Shown piece by piece: positions 17,381 to 25,499 of a stretch of DNA of 64,000 nt. The position numbers and the translations under genes are program-made. The stretch comes from a virus: IMG/VR virus record IMGVR_UViG_3300008050_000025, positions 37,826 to 101,825 of that record. One strand, given 5' to 3'. Each line of letters starts with the position of its first letter. Position 1 is the first letter of the stretch. The notes beneath the pieces were generated by a model that was not told the DNA's origin, did no database searches, and saw only the letters and a program-made list of their open reading frames with translations.

Positions 17381-18118
17381 CTAGGAAATAATCTCATCTG
17401 TAACGAGAGACCTAATTTTCCCTGTGCTAGTCATTAAGTACTTCTTGGTAGGCAGATAGGCTTCCATCGCAATGATACATGACTTTTGCAGTACTCTATT
17501 CTCCTTATCCCCTGCCACAGCGATAGATTGGTCTGCCCAGTCTACGATATATCCCATGGTAGAGTTGCCGTGCTTGGTTTTAATCGTACCGTGAGGGTGG
17601 AACATCAATTCTACCTGCTCCATCATCTGATTAATGTTTTCAATGTACCTATCGTAAATGCTCACCCTGTACTGTAAGGTGACAGCTTTTGGGGCTAGAG
17701 ATACGATTCTCTGTGCCCTACGCTTCTCAGGGTCGTACAGTTTTTCAACCACAATATTAAAGTCAGGTCTACGACGTGCCATATCCAACTCCATGTCAAT
17801 CACAGATATTGAAACGATTGGCAACCTCAGGTTACGCTCCTTCTTAAGCTTAGCAATGGCTCTTTCAACAGTTCCGTGCATCACTTCAATGTCATCGTGA
17901 ACCTTATCATCTGCCCCCATTACTTCCAAGCCTCTCATCATTTCCATCAAGGCAGATGTGTATTCTCTTTGAAAATCAATGGTATCATGATTAGCCTTCT
18001 CATGCTTCTCAATAAGGTTCCTCACATACACATTAAGGTAAGCGTTTGCGTGAAGGTTAGGGTCTACCGCATCCATAGAGGAAGGGTTGCCCACTGAGTT
18101 ATTGATGTAGTTTGCCAT
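17381..18118 (-). CDS. Tail sheath stabiliser / tail terminator (T4 gp15-like)
   Basis: RLPIVSI...D..RR, PKAVTLQY and NQMMEQV...FHP motifs plus synteny. The start at 18118 overlaps the upstream stop (TAATG). Confidence 0.8.
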   Translation of the reverse strand: MANYINNSVGNPSSMDAVDPNLHANAYLNVYVRNLIEKHEKANHDTIDFQREYTSALMEMMRGLEVMGADDKVHDDIEVMHGTVERAIAKLKKERNLRLPIVSISVIDMELDMARRRPDFNIVVEKLYDPEKRRAQRIVSLAPKAVTLQYRVSIYDRYIENINQMMEQVELMFHPHGTIKTKHGNSTMGYIVDWADQSIAVAGDKENRVLQKSCIIAMEAYLPTKKYLMTSTGKIRSLVTDEIIS

Positions 18119-18663
18119 TATTTCTCTATTCTCCAACCATAATGTGACTTTCTTGCGCCCGTTATAACATTTGATATATTCTTACCAAGGCCGTACTTAT
18201 TCTGCAAGTAATATTGTGTACAGAAATGAACCCTTCCATCCTTGTGAATGAAGTGGTGCATTTTGTCGCTATAGAAATGGTTGTCAGCACCCGTATTTAT
18301 ACTTACGCCGTACATTGGGTTTTTGCGGCCACTTTGCGCCTTTGACATTTTCTTTTTAGATTCCTCTGAATGTGTCCTTCCCCGCATTGGGGATGTTGCG
18401 TACCTAGAAAGGTTCATACACAGAGGTTCCCCATAATCTTCGTCTAGAAATTCTTGCTCTATTTCTAAAATGTTCTCACAAGAATACACCACTAAGTCCA
18501 TAGAAAAATCAAGGTACTTATCATACGCCCTTTGCATGTGAATATTGGGATGCCTTCCGTTTTTAAGTTGCCAAAAATGTTCTCTTTTCCTTGACTCAAA
18601 TCTAGAGGAACTCCCCCAATACCACTTAGGTCCAATCTCTATTCGATATATGCCTGAATCCAT
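18118..18663 (-). mobile_element. Free-standing GIY-YIG homing endonuclease with NUMOD3 motif (Seg-like)
   Basis: SGIYRI...WYWGSS...R..EH, EQ.FLD, MN and GRTHSEESKKKMS. It appears AT-richer than its neighbours. Confidence 0.9.
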
Positions 18664-18676
18664 ATATGTATATCCC

Positions 18677-19558
18677 TTAAAACAGCGTCCAGGTCGGAGG
18701 CTCTTCAATCTCGTTGAGAAGGTCTTCAACCAACATTGTCATCTCGGCAGAAGACTGCGCAATCAATGCATCCCCATTAAGCTGTGCTCCACCATCTGGA
18801 GAGGGTAGAACTTTATACTTACCTCGTTCTTGCCCTAGAACCCCTTTAGCGATGGCCAGAGAATACTTTTGAAGCCACGACAGGTAGTAGTGATGTAAAG
18901 TCTCAGCGTTGAGACATTTATATTCTACTGCAACCTCTTCTATATCACCCTCTCTAGGGGTTGGTGAAATGTACAGATACTCTCCGTTCAATACTTGGAA
19001 CGAGCCGTCACGCCCAAGAATCTTTCTAATCTGCTCCAAGTTCATCTGCATGATTAGGAAGTCACTTGCCTGAAAGTCATCGAACAGGAAGTTCTGGTTG
19101 AAGTAGTTTAGGAAGAAGTCGAACTCAAGCGTACCACTTTGCTGAGCAACAGAGAGCAATGTCTTCTTGTATGCAGCATATCGGAAGTTGTTCAGAACGA
19201 ACTTGGGAAGCTTGTACATGCTGATATTGGGTTCCGTGATGAAGGTCATCATCTGGGTAGTCCAATCGGGGGCATGATAATCCATTTTGGATATCGCCTC
19301 ATCCACACATGTTCCCATTTGGAAGTCAGTTAGCTCTACCCTTACGATAGGGTATCCTAACCTTGCTTTGATGAAATCAAAGATACTTTGGTAGAAATCA
19401 TTGAAGGCAGCTTCATCGCCAAACCTTCTCCTGTTAAGGCTGTCGTAGTCAATACCACCACTTACCTCAGTCGCACTTGCGAACATCTCAGGGTTAGTTC
19501 CTTGGGTGGACCCATGTGTGAATCCAAACGAAGTCTTAGGTACTGTCCAGTTTGCCAT
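18677..19558 (-). CDS. Neck protein (T4 gp13-like)
   Basis: IKARLGYPIVRVEL...Q...VDEAI, WLQKY.LA.AK..LG..RGKY, P.GG.QLNG and EEPP motifs. Confidence 0.9.
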   Translation of the reverse strand: MANWTVPKTSFGFTHGSTQGTNPEMFASATEVSGGIDYDSLNRRRFGDEAAFNDFYQSIFDFIKARLGYPIVRVELTDFQMGTCVDEAISKMDYHAPDWTTQMMTFITEPNISMYKLPKFVLNNFRYAAYKKTLLSVAQQSGTLEFDFFLNYFNQNFLFDDFQASDFLIMQMNLEQIRKILGRDGSFQVLNGEYLYISPTPREGDIEEVAVEYKCLNAETLHHYYLSWLQKYSLAIAKGVLGQERGKYKVLPSPDGGAQLNGDALIAQSSAEMTMLVEDLLNEIEEPPTWTLF

Positions 19559-19575
19559 CTCATTGTATATAGCGA

Positions 19576-19609
19576 AAGACCCATGACACAATTAAGCATC
19601 ATGGGTCTT
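19576..19609 (-). terminator. Stem-loop / terminator after the major capsid gene
   Basis: 11-bp inverted repeat AAGACCCATGA / TCATGGGTCTT, with a short U tract on the minus strand. Confidence 0.7.
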
Positions 19610-19611
19610 GT

Positions 19612-19617
19612 TATTTA
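19612..19617 (-). promoter_or_regulatory. TAAATA motif between capsid and neck genes
   Basis: CTAAATAAC; a TATATA variant lies closer to the neck-gene ATG. Confidence 0.4.
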
Positions 19618-19631
19618 GCTTACGCTAATCC

Positions 19632-21146
19632 TTAGGCGCGTTCAGCTTTACCGAATGGCTGGATTAGGTAGTTAGAGTTAGCACCGATGATTCGGATAAC
19701 CCTGTAGAATCGTGATTCAGGAGACACAGCAACCTTACCGTAACGGGTAATCAAACCTTTCCTTGGTTGGAAGGTTTCAGGGTCTGTGATTGTAGGCAAC
19801 ATTTGTAGTGGTACATATGGTGCGTAGATAAATCCTGAGTCCATTGCGCTAGAGCCTTTGTATCCCATCAGAATTTCATCTTCTGGATATAGAGGGTCTA
19901 CGTATACGTCAAACTGTCCCATCCACTTGCCTTTGTAGGTAATGTTGTTACCTAGCTGGCCAGCAGCTTCCTTAGGAGCACCACCTTCAAGCTTAGCGGC
20001 AGACCACAGCATAGCTGCGATGAATGGAGAAGTAACCATGAAGTTACCTGCACCACGCCATGTAGTCTTGTAGATGTCCTGAGAGGCGAATTGAATCACA
20101 GCAATCAGGTTAGCGTACACTTCGCCCAAGTGTCGAGGAGCAAGTCCAAGCGCACTAGTTGAGAAGTCTACCAGGAATACGTTCTCGTCAGTACGGGCAG
20201 GGTTTGTACCCAACCTAGTAGCAGACGAATCGTTAGCATCCAATTGGTAGCTGTACGAGCCAGGAACATTTCCAAATCCGTCAGATGCGAAGTTGTTAGA
20301 GTTACCTAGGTCCATTGCTGCACGGTTAAATCCACCGCTATCGTGACGGTCGTAAGCGATGTTACGGACATCCTCGATAAGTTCACGGTCGATTTCAAGA
20401 CGTACTTCGTTACCAAGCAAGCCAGTCAGTTCTTTCTCTAGAGAGATGTTGTGATAAGCCTTAAGGTCTTGAGCAGCTTCGATTGTCCATAGAGCACGGA
20501 ACTTTCTTGTTCGTGCCAAGACAGCTTGTTGTTCGATGTGGAAGTTGATTTCCGGGATACCAGTACCTGCCAGGATTTCACCAGCAGATGTACTCCAAGG
20601 AGCATTGTATCCAGCAGCAGTACCCGAAGGCCATGCAGCAATCGAACCACCAACAGTAGCTGAGCCATCAATGAAGTCGGAGCCAGAAGCTACGCTTGAA
20701 AGAGACTTAGCACCTGCACCAGCAGTATCAGTAGAAACATCCAGTGCTCCAACGTTACCGTTTCCTACGGCAACTTTGTTAGCGTAGGTCAGGTTGTACT
20801 TGCTGTATACGGTTTCAACATCACTACCGTATTGACGGTCGTGACCCAAGTAGAATACTTGAGAAACTGGGGCGCTCATTGGTTGAACACCGCAAATCTT
20901 GTTTGCAATCAGTTCAGGGAAAATCCTGCGAATTAGAGGAAATGCGAATTTCTGGAATGTGCCAAGTTGACCAACATTCGTGCTCTCAGAAAGCATTTGA
21001 CCTGTCTCCTTCACTTGCTCGTTAACAATCATTGCTGCTTGGTTTTCCAAGAGTACAGCAGTTGTTTCACGAATAGAAGGGTCATCAATATCTTTCAGGA
21101 TTTTGCCCCATTTCTCTACTAAAAGGTCGTTAGTTGTTTTAGTCAT
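19632..21146 (-). CDS. Major capsid protein (T4 gp23-like)
   Basis: EKW, LLENQ, PLIRR.FP.LIA..ICGVQPM, RKFRALWT.EAAQDL, EIDRE, YAPYVPL and FQPRKG..TRY motifs. Confidence 0.97.
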   Translation of the reverse strand: MTKTTNDLLVEKWGKILKDIDDPSIRETTAVLLENQAAMIVNEQVKETGQMLSESTNVGQLGTFQKFAFPLIRRIFPELIANKICGVQPMSAPVSQVFYLGHDRQYGSDVETVYSKYNLTYANKVAVGNGNVGALDVSTDTAGAGAKSLSSVASGSDFIDGSATVGGSIAAWPSGTAAGYNAPWSTSAGEILAGTGIPEINFHIEQQAVLARTRKFRALWTIEAAQDLKAYHNISLEKELTGLLGNEVRLEIDRELIEDVRNIAYDRHDSGGFNRAAMDLGNSNNFASDGFGNVPGSYSYQLDANDSSATRLGTNPARTDENVFLVDFSTSALGLAPRHLGEVYANLIAVIQFASQDIYKTTWRGAGNFMVTSPFIAAMLWSAAKLEGGAPKEAAGQLGNNITYKGKWMGQFDVYVDPLYPEDEILMGYKGSSAMDSGFIYAPYVPLQMLPTITDPETFQPRKGLITRYGKVAVSPESRFYRVIRIIGANSNYLIQPFGKAERA

Positions 21147-21159
21147 GTTAAATTACTTA

Positions 21160-21768
21160 TTAGCCGTTAAGAGAATCACTGAGAGCGATTACTTCCTCGG
21201 TTAGGTGTGGATTGAAAGTGTCGTCCAAAGCATCTGCTCCATCCAACTCCCCATCCGAATTCTCGTTGATAATGTGTGCCTTGTCTGACAGTTCCATATC
21301 CCCAAAAGATTCCTCTAGCTCCTCATTCTGTTCCTTGAGGCCAGAGATAATTTCGACAGACTCACTCAGTTGAGTTTCAAGGTCTGCCTTTTCATTGTAA
21401 GAATTATCTAGAAGCTCGTTGCTTTTCGCAACTGACTCTTCAAGTTTTGAAATCTTTTCTTCGAAGTCTTCACGAAGAGATTTGATTTCTTCGTTGTCCG
21501 ATACCGTTGCAACAATGTTTTTAATCTTGTTGAATGCATCTGCATCCTTAGCTTCGTTGACCTCTTGCGCAAGTTCTTCCCGCGCAACTTCTTTAAGGTC
21601 AGTCAGTTTGGTAGAAAGGAAAGAAGCTACTTTCGATTCTAACAACCTTTGGTTAGCAGTCACTTCGTCGTTAATCACTTCCTCTACAATGCTACAAATC
21701 TCCTCGATACCTGTCTGTGACAAGCCTTCGGGAAGGAGTTTGACGATTTGTTCAAGTTGCTTTCTCAT
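21160..21768 (-). CDS. Prohead core scaffolding protein (T4 gp22-like)
   Basis: Acidic coiled-coil ORF between protease and capsid genes, with many L/I-x-E sites. Confidence 0.75.
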   Translation of the reverse strand: MRKQLEQIVKLLPEGLSQTGIEEICSIVEEVINDEVTANQRLLESKVASFLSTKLTDLKEVAREELAQEVNEAKDADAFNKIKNIVATVSDNEEIKSLREDFEEKISKLEESVAKSNELLDNSYNEKADLETQLSESVEIISGLKEQNEELEESFGDMELSDKAHIINENSDGELDGADALDDTFNPHLTEEVIALSDSLNG

Positions 21769-21782
21769 AAGTCTTTCTACAA

Positions 21783-21788
21783 TATTTA
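21783..21788 (-). promoter_or_regulatory. Putative late promoter TAAATA upstream of scaffold-capsid genes
   Basis: ATAAATATT in the intergenic gap. Confidence 0.65.
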
Positions 21789-21811
21789 TTAATGTCCCAC
21801 TAAAGGGCTTT

Positions 21812-22420
21812 CTATTTTTTAATTCCTTCTAGAGCTTCACGTAAGAACTGGATGTACAGCATCTCTTCGTGGTACTTGCTGTACTTATTCCCGTACTCTA
21901 CGCTCTCTAAAATACATGCGCCTTCCATCAATGTAGGGTTGGCTCCGACGCACGAAGGGTCGGCTACGATATCCCAGCACATGATTGTGAGGTTCTCGCC
22001 AACTCTAAACTTCCCTTCTTCAATCGGAATCAACGAACCTGTGGCTCTGGAAGACATTCCGATACGAACACCATCACGTACTAAGTCTTGAGCGACCTTT
22101 CCAGCAGGAGTGTTTAGCAATTCGACATTGCCCATAACCTTGTTACCTTCCATGTATAACTCTGTAATGAGACATGCGGCATTCTTAAGGTTGACTGTAG
22201 GTGAGGAGGGATGGTCAAGCTCCCCGACGAACTTTCTCTCTTGGATAAGGTTTTGCAGCCTACCAACTTCTCTCTCTAGGATATCCTTAGAGTACTTTCG
22301 GTTGTTCCTATTGAAGACTTCTGCTTCTGCAAGAAGACCTGTCAACACCATGTTGCCCGACTTAGAAGACTCTTCCAAGACAGACAAACCGCCAAATGAA
22401 CATACATCGGTTATTAACAT
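21812..22420 (-). CDS. Prohead core protease (T4 gp21-like)
   Basis: NRNNRKY, GELDHP, TPAG, GMSSRATGS and DIVADPS motifs. Confidence 0.95.
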   Translation of the reverse strand: MLITDVCSFGGLSVLEESSKSGNMVLTGLLAEAEVFNRNNRKYSKDILEREVGRLQNLIQERKFVGELDHPSSPTVNLKNAACLITELYMEGNKVMGNVELLNTPAGKVAQDLVRDGVRIGMSSRATGSLIPIEEGKFRVGENLTIMCWDIVADPSCVGANPTLMEGACILESVEYGNKYSKYHEEMLYIQFLREALEGIKK

Positions 22421-22872
22421 TATCCTACTCTTTTAAGGAACTCCTCAATGCGTCCCTTTGAAATGGCCTTTTTCTTTTTCTTCTTAGGAGCGGCCTTCTT
22501 CTTTTTAGGCTCCATACTTTGTGCTGTACCAACTCCGATAGCACCACATGCAGTCATCTCTTGGAGATTCCTTAAGGTCTTGAGACCTTCTTCAAGCACC
22601 TTGATTGCAGCGTCAATGATTGGAGCAGCGTCAGCGGTATCATCGCTGGCCTTGCTTTCATTAAGCACTACTGGGTCTGGGGTGAAATGCTCATCACCTG
22701 TGGCATGAGCAATAAGCTTGTCACGGTCAGCGGAGGAAATCTCAGGAAGAGCGTCCTCTTGTATCGGCGTAAGGTTAGAAGTGTTATCCCCGACTGGCGG
22801 TATTGCTACCGTAGGCGGGGAGTTTTTCATAATCTCCAGAGCAATGTCGCCTAGAGTTTGTTCTCCTTCCAT
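22420..22872 (-). CDS. Hypothetical protein, positionally a prohead core protein
   Basis: 150-aa ORF coupled to the protease gene, with IQE/LNE/LQE motifs and a Lys-rich tail. Confidence 0.65.
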   Translation of the reverse strand: MEGEQTLGDIALEIMKNSPPTVAIPPVGDNTSNLTPIQEDALPEISSADRDKLIAHATGDEHFTPDPVVLNESKASDDTADAAPIIDAAIKVLEEGLKTLRNLQEMTACGAIGVGTAQSMEPKKKKAAPKKKKKKAISKGRIEEFLKRVG

Positions 22873-22875
22873 GGA

Positions 22876-23400
22876 TTACTCCTCCGACAAGTATGCGATA
22901 AACTCTGCGTCCTCTTCCGAGTCTACGATTTCGTACCCATCTTCACACTCTACAAGGTATGCGTAGGATGTAGCGTCTTCTTCGTTCTCTACAATGTTGT
23001 ACGTGGTCTCGTTAACAGTTAGAGTTAAGTCTTCGTCAGACTCTGCATCCACTTCTTCTGCTTCCTCTTGCAGAACAGCCATTACCATTGCCTCACCTTC
23101 TACCTCAAAAACATCCTCAGTAACAACGTAAGTATCCTCGTCCAACTTGACCTCTACGATAGGGTCAATGCTGTCTTGGATGCTTTCAAATACGTTATCC
23201 TCAAGGTTGCTAATAGGGATATAGATGTCGCCATCATACTCTACAAACTCCTCAGAGAGTTGGAATACATTGTCGCCAATAGCGCATACGAGAACATTTG
23301 CGTCAGAAGTTTCATCGCTGAAATCAATTCCTGCATGTTCCATTAGCATACGGGCAGTATCTTTAGGAACGCCCCCTTCTTTTCTATTTAGATAATCCAT
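22876..23400 (-). CDS. Very acidic hypothetical protein, positionally a prohead core protein
   Basis: D/E-rich ORF in the head cluster; likely start MDYLNRK. Confidence 0.65.
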   Translation of the reverse strand: MDYLNRKEGGVPKDTARMLMEHAGIDFSDETSDANVLVCAIGDNVFQLSEEFVEYDGDIYIPISNLEDNVFESIQDSIDPIVEVKLDEDTYVVTEDVFEVEGEAMVMAVLQEEAEEVDAESDEDLTLTVNETTYNIVENEEDATSYAYLVECEDGYEIVDSEEDAEFIAYLSEE

Positions 23401-23866
23401 TTTCTTTAGATTTGTTTGAATCCCTATCTTCAAGATGAAGGGCTTCCTCTATCATATTTAGTCGCTCATAGTTTTCTACTGCCCATTTTTTAGGAGCACT
23501 ATTTCCTGACAATGAACGAATAAGCTTTCCTGCCTTCTTCCTACCACCTCTAAACAATAGGATAGTGATAATTGTTGCCACGATAGCACCATAAATCAAA
23601 GTCTCCCCTAGCTCTCTCAACTCATAAAGAAGCCTCGCAAGGCCTCCTTCTGGCGGTGGAGCAATTTGCGTATGCTCTTCTAAGGAATCCATATACGCCT
23701 CTGTCGAGAACGCGACTACGGCAGTGGAGGCCCCAATAACAACTGGCGTAAGTCCAAGCCCTGCGCCTAGCATAGCTGTACCGCCAGCAGCGGCTCCAAC
23801 AATTAGAGCGGCGCAGCTAGTGAACATGAACATTACAAATGCTATAAACGTGTGCCTAAACTTCAC
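23384..23866 (-). CDS. Putative membrane lipoprotein
   Basis: GTG start just after a TAAATA motif gives MKFRHTFIAFVMFMFTS-C (lipobox-like). A Gly/Ala hydrophobic stretch and a second transmembrane segment (LIYGAIVATIITILLF) follow, then RGGRKK. Confidence 0.6.
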   Translation of the reverse strand: MKFRHTFIAFVMFMFTSCAALIVGAAAGGTAMLGAGLGLTPVVIGASTAVVAFSTEAYMDSLEEHTQIAPPPEGGLARLLYELRELGETLIYGAIVATIITILLFRGGRKKAGKLIRSLSGNSAPKKWAVENYERLNMIEEALHLEDRDSNKSKENGLSK

Positions 23867-23870
23867 ACAG

Positions 23871-23876
23871 TATTTA
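23871..23876 (-). promoter_or_regulatory. Putative late promoter TAAATA upstream of the membrane lipoprotein
   Basis: CTAAATACT overlapping the upstream stop codon. Confidence 0.5.
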
Positions 23877-25499
23877 GACCTTTCGAATATATCCGTACAC
23901 ATCAATACCCCAGCGGCCACCTGCCGAGGAGTTTAGACCTGATGCCACAAACGTCATAGACGTAGGACCTTCACCTGCCTCTTTGATGTAAGGAATGGTT
24001 GTACTGGCTACGTCCACATAATTATTAGGTCTGCCGTCATACAAATCGTTCCTGACTCTGCCAATAGTTAAATACATAGATTGCCCATCATTATCAGTGT
24101 ATCTCAAAGTTGACTCAGAAGTTTGGTCCCCTCCACCGATACGGTATTTGGCCCTGACTAGAAGAGCCACAATGTCGTCACCCTCAGGAGCTACCGTGGC
24201 AGTTGGAATAACTGTATGTGTGCCGTTGCTTTGGTTAGGCATCAAAGTGACATCTGAATTAAACAAAACAAGTTCTTGTGTTCCGAGGCTCTCAAGTCTA
24301 TCCTCTAGAGAGACCAACCTCCCTTCGTGGTTTCCTGGGGAGTCTGAGCCAACACCTTTAACAATGTCATCTCTTAATGTTCTGTAATCAGGGTCTCTTC
24401 TTGTCATAACCCTGTTGGTAAATGATGGTCTGAATGCTGCGACCATCCCCTGTCTTTCGTCTAAAGTAAGCTCTGCTGTCCTAAAGAAAGGCCTAATATC
24501 TACGACGTTACTGCTAGGAATAAAGGAGCCTTCTAAATGCCCAAAAGGTGTAAGGACATAGCATAAAGGCAAGCAGAAAGTTCCTCGTTCAGTTAACTGT
24601 CCATCAGCCCAATCTGACAGTGCATCTGCTGTTGGGATATCCGACCACTGTTCTCCAAACAATGGAGTGCGTACACAGTCATCAGGCCTGAACGTAAAGT
24701 TCTTTAAGTCTTCTACCAAAGGAGTTGTTGTGTACTTGTGACCTTCAAATCCTCCGTTTGCTCCACCCTTCTTCTCATCAATAACATTGCCAAGATTAAT
24801 CTCAGTCGTCTTTTGCAGAGAGGTCCTTCCTTCAAGCTCTGCGTCATCGGCAAACCTACTCCCTTCTTTCCTATTGAGGTTTACAGTTTCAGGACTTTCC
24901 ATAAACCAACCGCCCTGCATAACTCCTAGCTTAGGCTTTAAGTTGTCCTGGTCTTCTGCTGGGTACGCTTCAATAAAAACAATATCCATTCGATATGCTG
25001 GAGCCGAGTTGCTTCCCTCTACAACATCTGGATAGTCATCAGTTGTGAATGCTGGGATTACTACACTGGGATTTGCACCATTAGTTTCAAGCAAGCGAAC
25101 AAGAGCGGTTCTACCCATGCCCCAACCTTTAACCCCATCAATGCCATACGAGCTATCCTCTGGCTGTGCCTTGACAATCTTGTCATTCTCGGCCAGCATC
25201 CCAGGTGCTCTCCTTTCCTGCAACCCGTCAGCCCTATCAGGAGCACTGTTCACCCGCGCAATAAAGCTTCCAGGGTTCGCAAAGATATACCCAGGCGCAG
25301 ACTCATCTACGTAAGGCTTAAGGTCTCCGAAAGTTGAGCGTCCTGTTAACTGTCCAATCTCAGCACGAAGTTGGTCAACTTGTACTTGCAAGATTTCATC
25401 ATTCGAAAGCAAATCTTTCAAAGGAAGGTTATCAACCTCGGACGTGTAAGGGTCATTCGGTTGATAGAATCTGATGTTTCTCTTAATAGTGTTAGCCAT
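23874..25499 (-). CDS. Putative baseplate/fibre structural protein
   Basis: 541 aa, last gene of the tail cluster. It has an N-terminal EVDNLPL..L motif, a short coiled coil and a beta-rich C-terminus. Confidence 0.6.
   Translation of the reverse strand: MANTIKRNIRFYQPNDPYTSEVDNLPLKDLLSNDEILQVQVDQLRAEIGQLTGRSTFGDLKPYVDESAPGYIFANPGSFIARVNSAPDRADGLQERRAPGMLAENDKIVKAQPEDSSYGIDGVKGWGMGRTALVRLLETNGANPSVVIPAFTTDDYPDVVEGSNSAPAYRMDIVFIEAYPAEDQDNLKPKLGVMQGGWFMESPETVNLNRKEGSRFADDAELEGRTSLQKTTEINLGNVIDEKKGGANGGFEGHKYTTTPLVEDLKNFTFRPDDCVRTPLFGEQWSDIPTADALSDWADGQLTERGTFCLPLCYVLTPFGHLEGSFIPSSNVVDIRPFFRTAELTLDERQGMVAAFRPSFTNRVMTRRDPDYRTLRDDIVKGVGSDSPGNHEGRLVSLEDRLESLGTQELVLFNSDVTLMPNQSNGTHTVIPTATVAPEGDDIVALLVRAKYRIGGGDQTSESTLRYTDNDGQSMYLTIGRVRNDLYDGRPNNYVDVASTTIPYIKEAGEGPTSMTFVASGLNSSAGGRWGIDVYGYIRKV

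Noticed and set aside
21793-21812. Possible terminator between protease and scaffold genes
   Set aside because: The stem is too short and imperfect, with no U tract.
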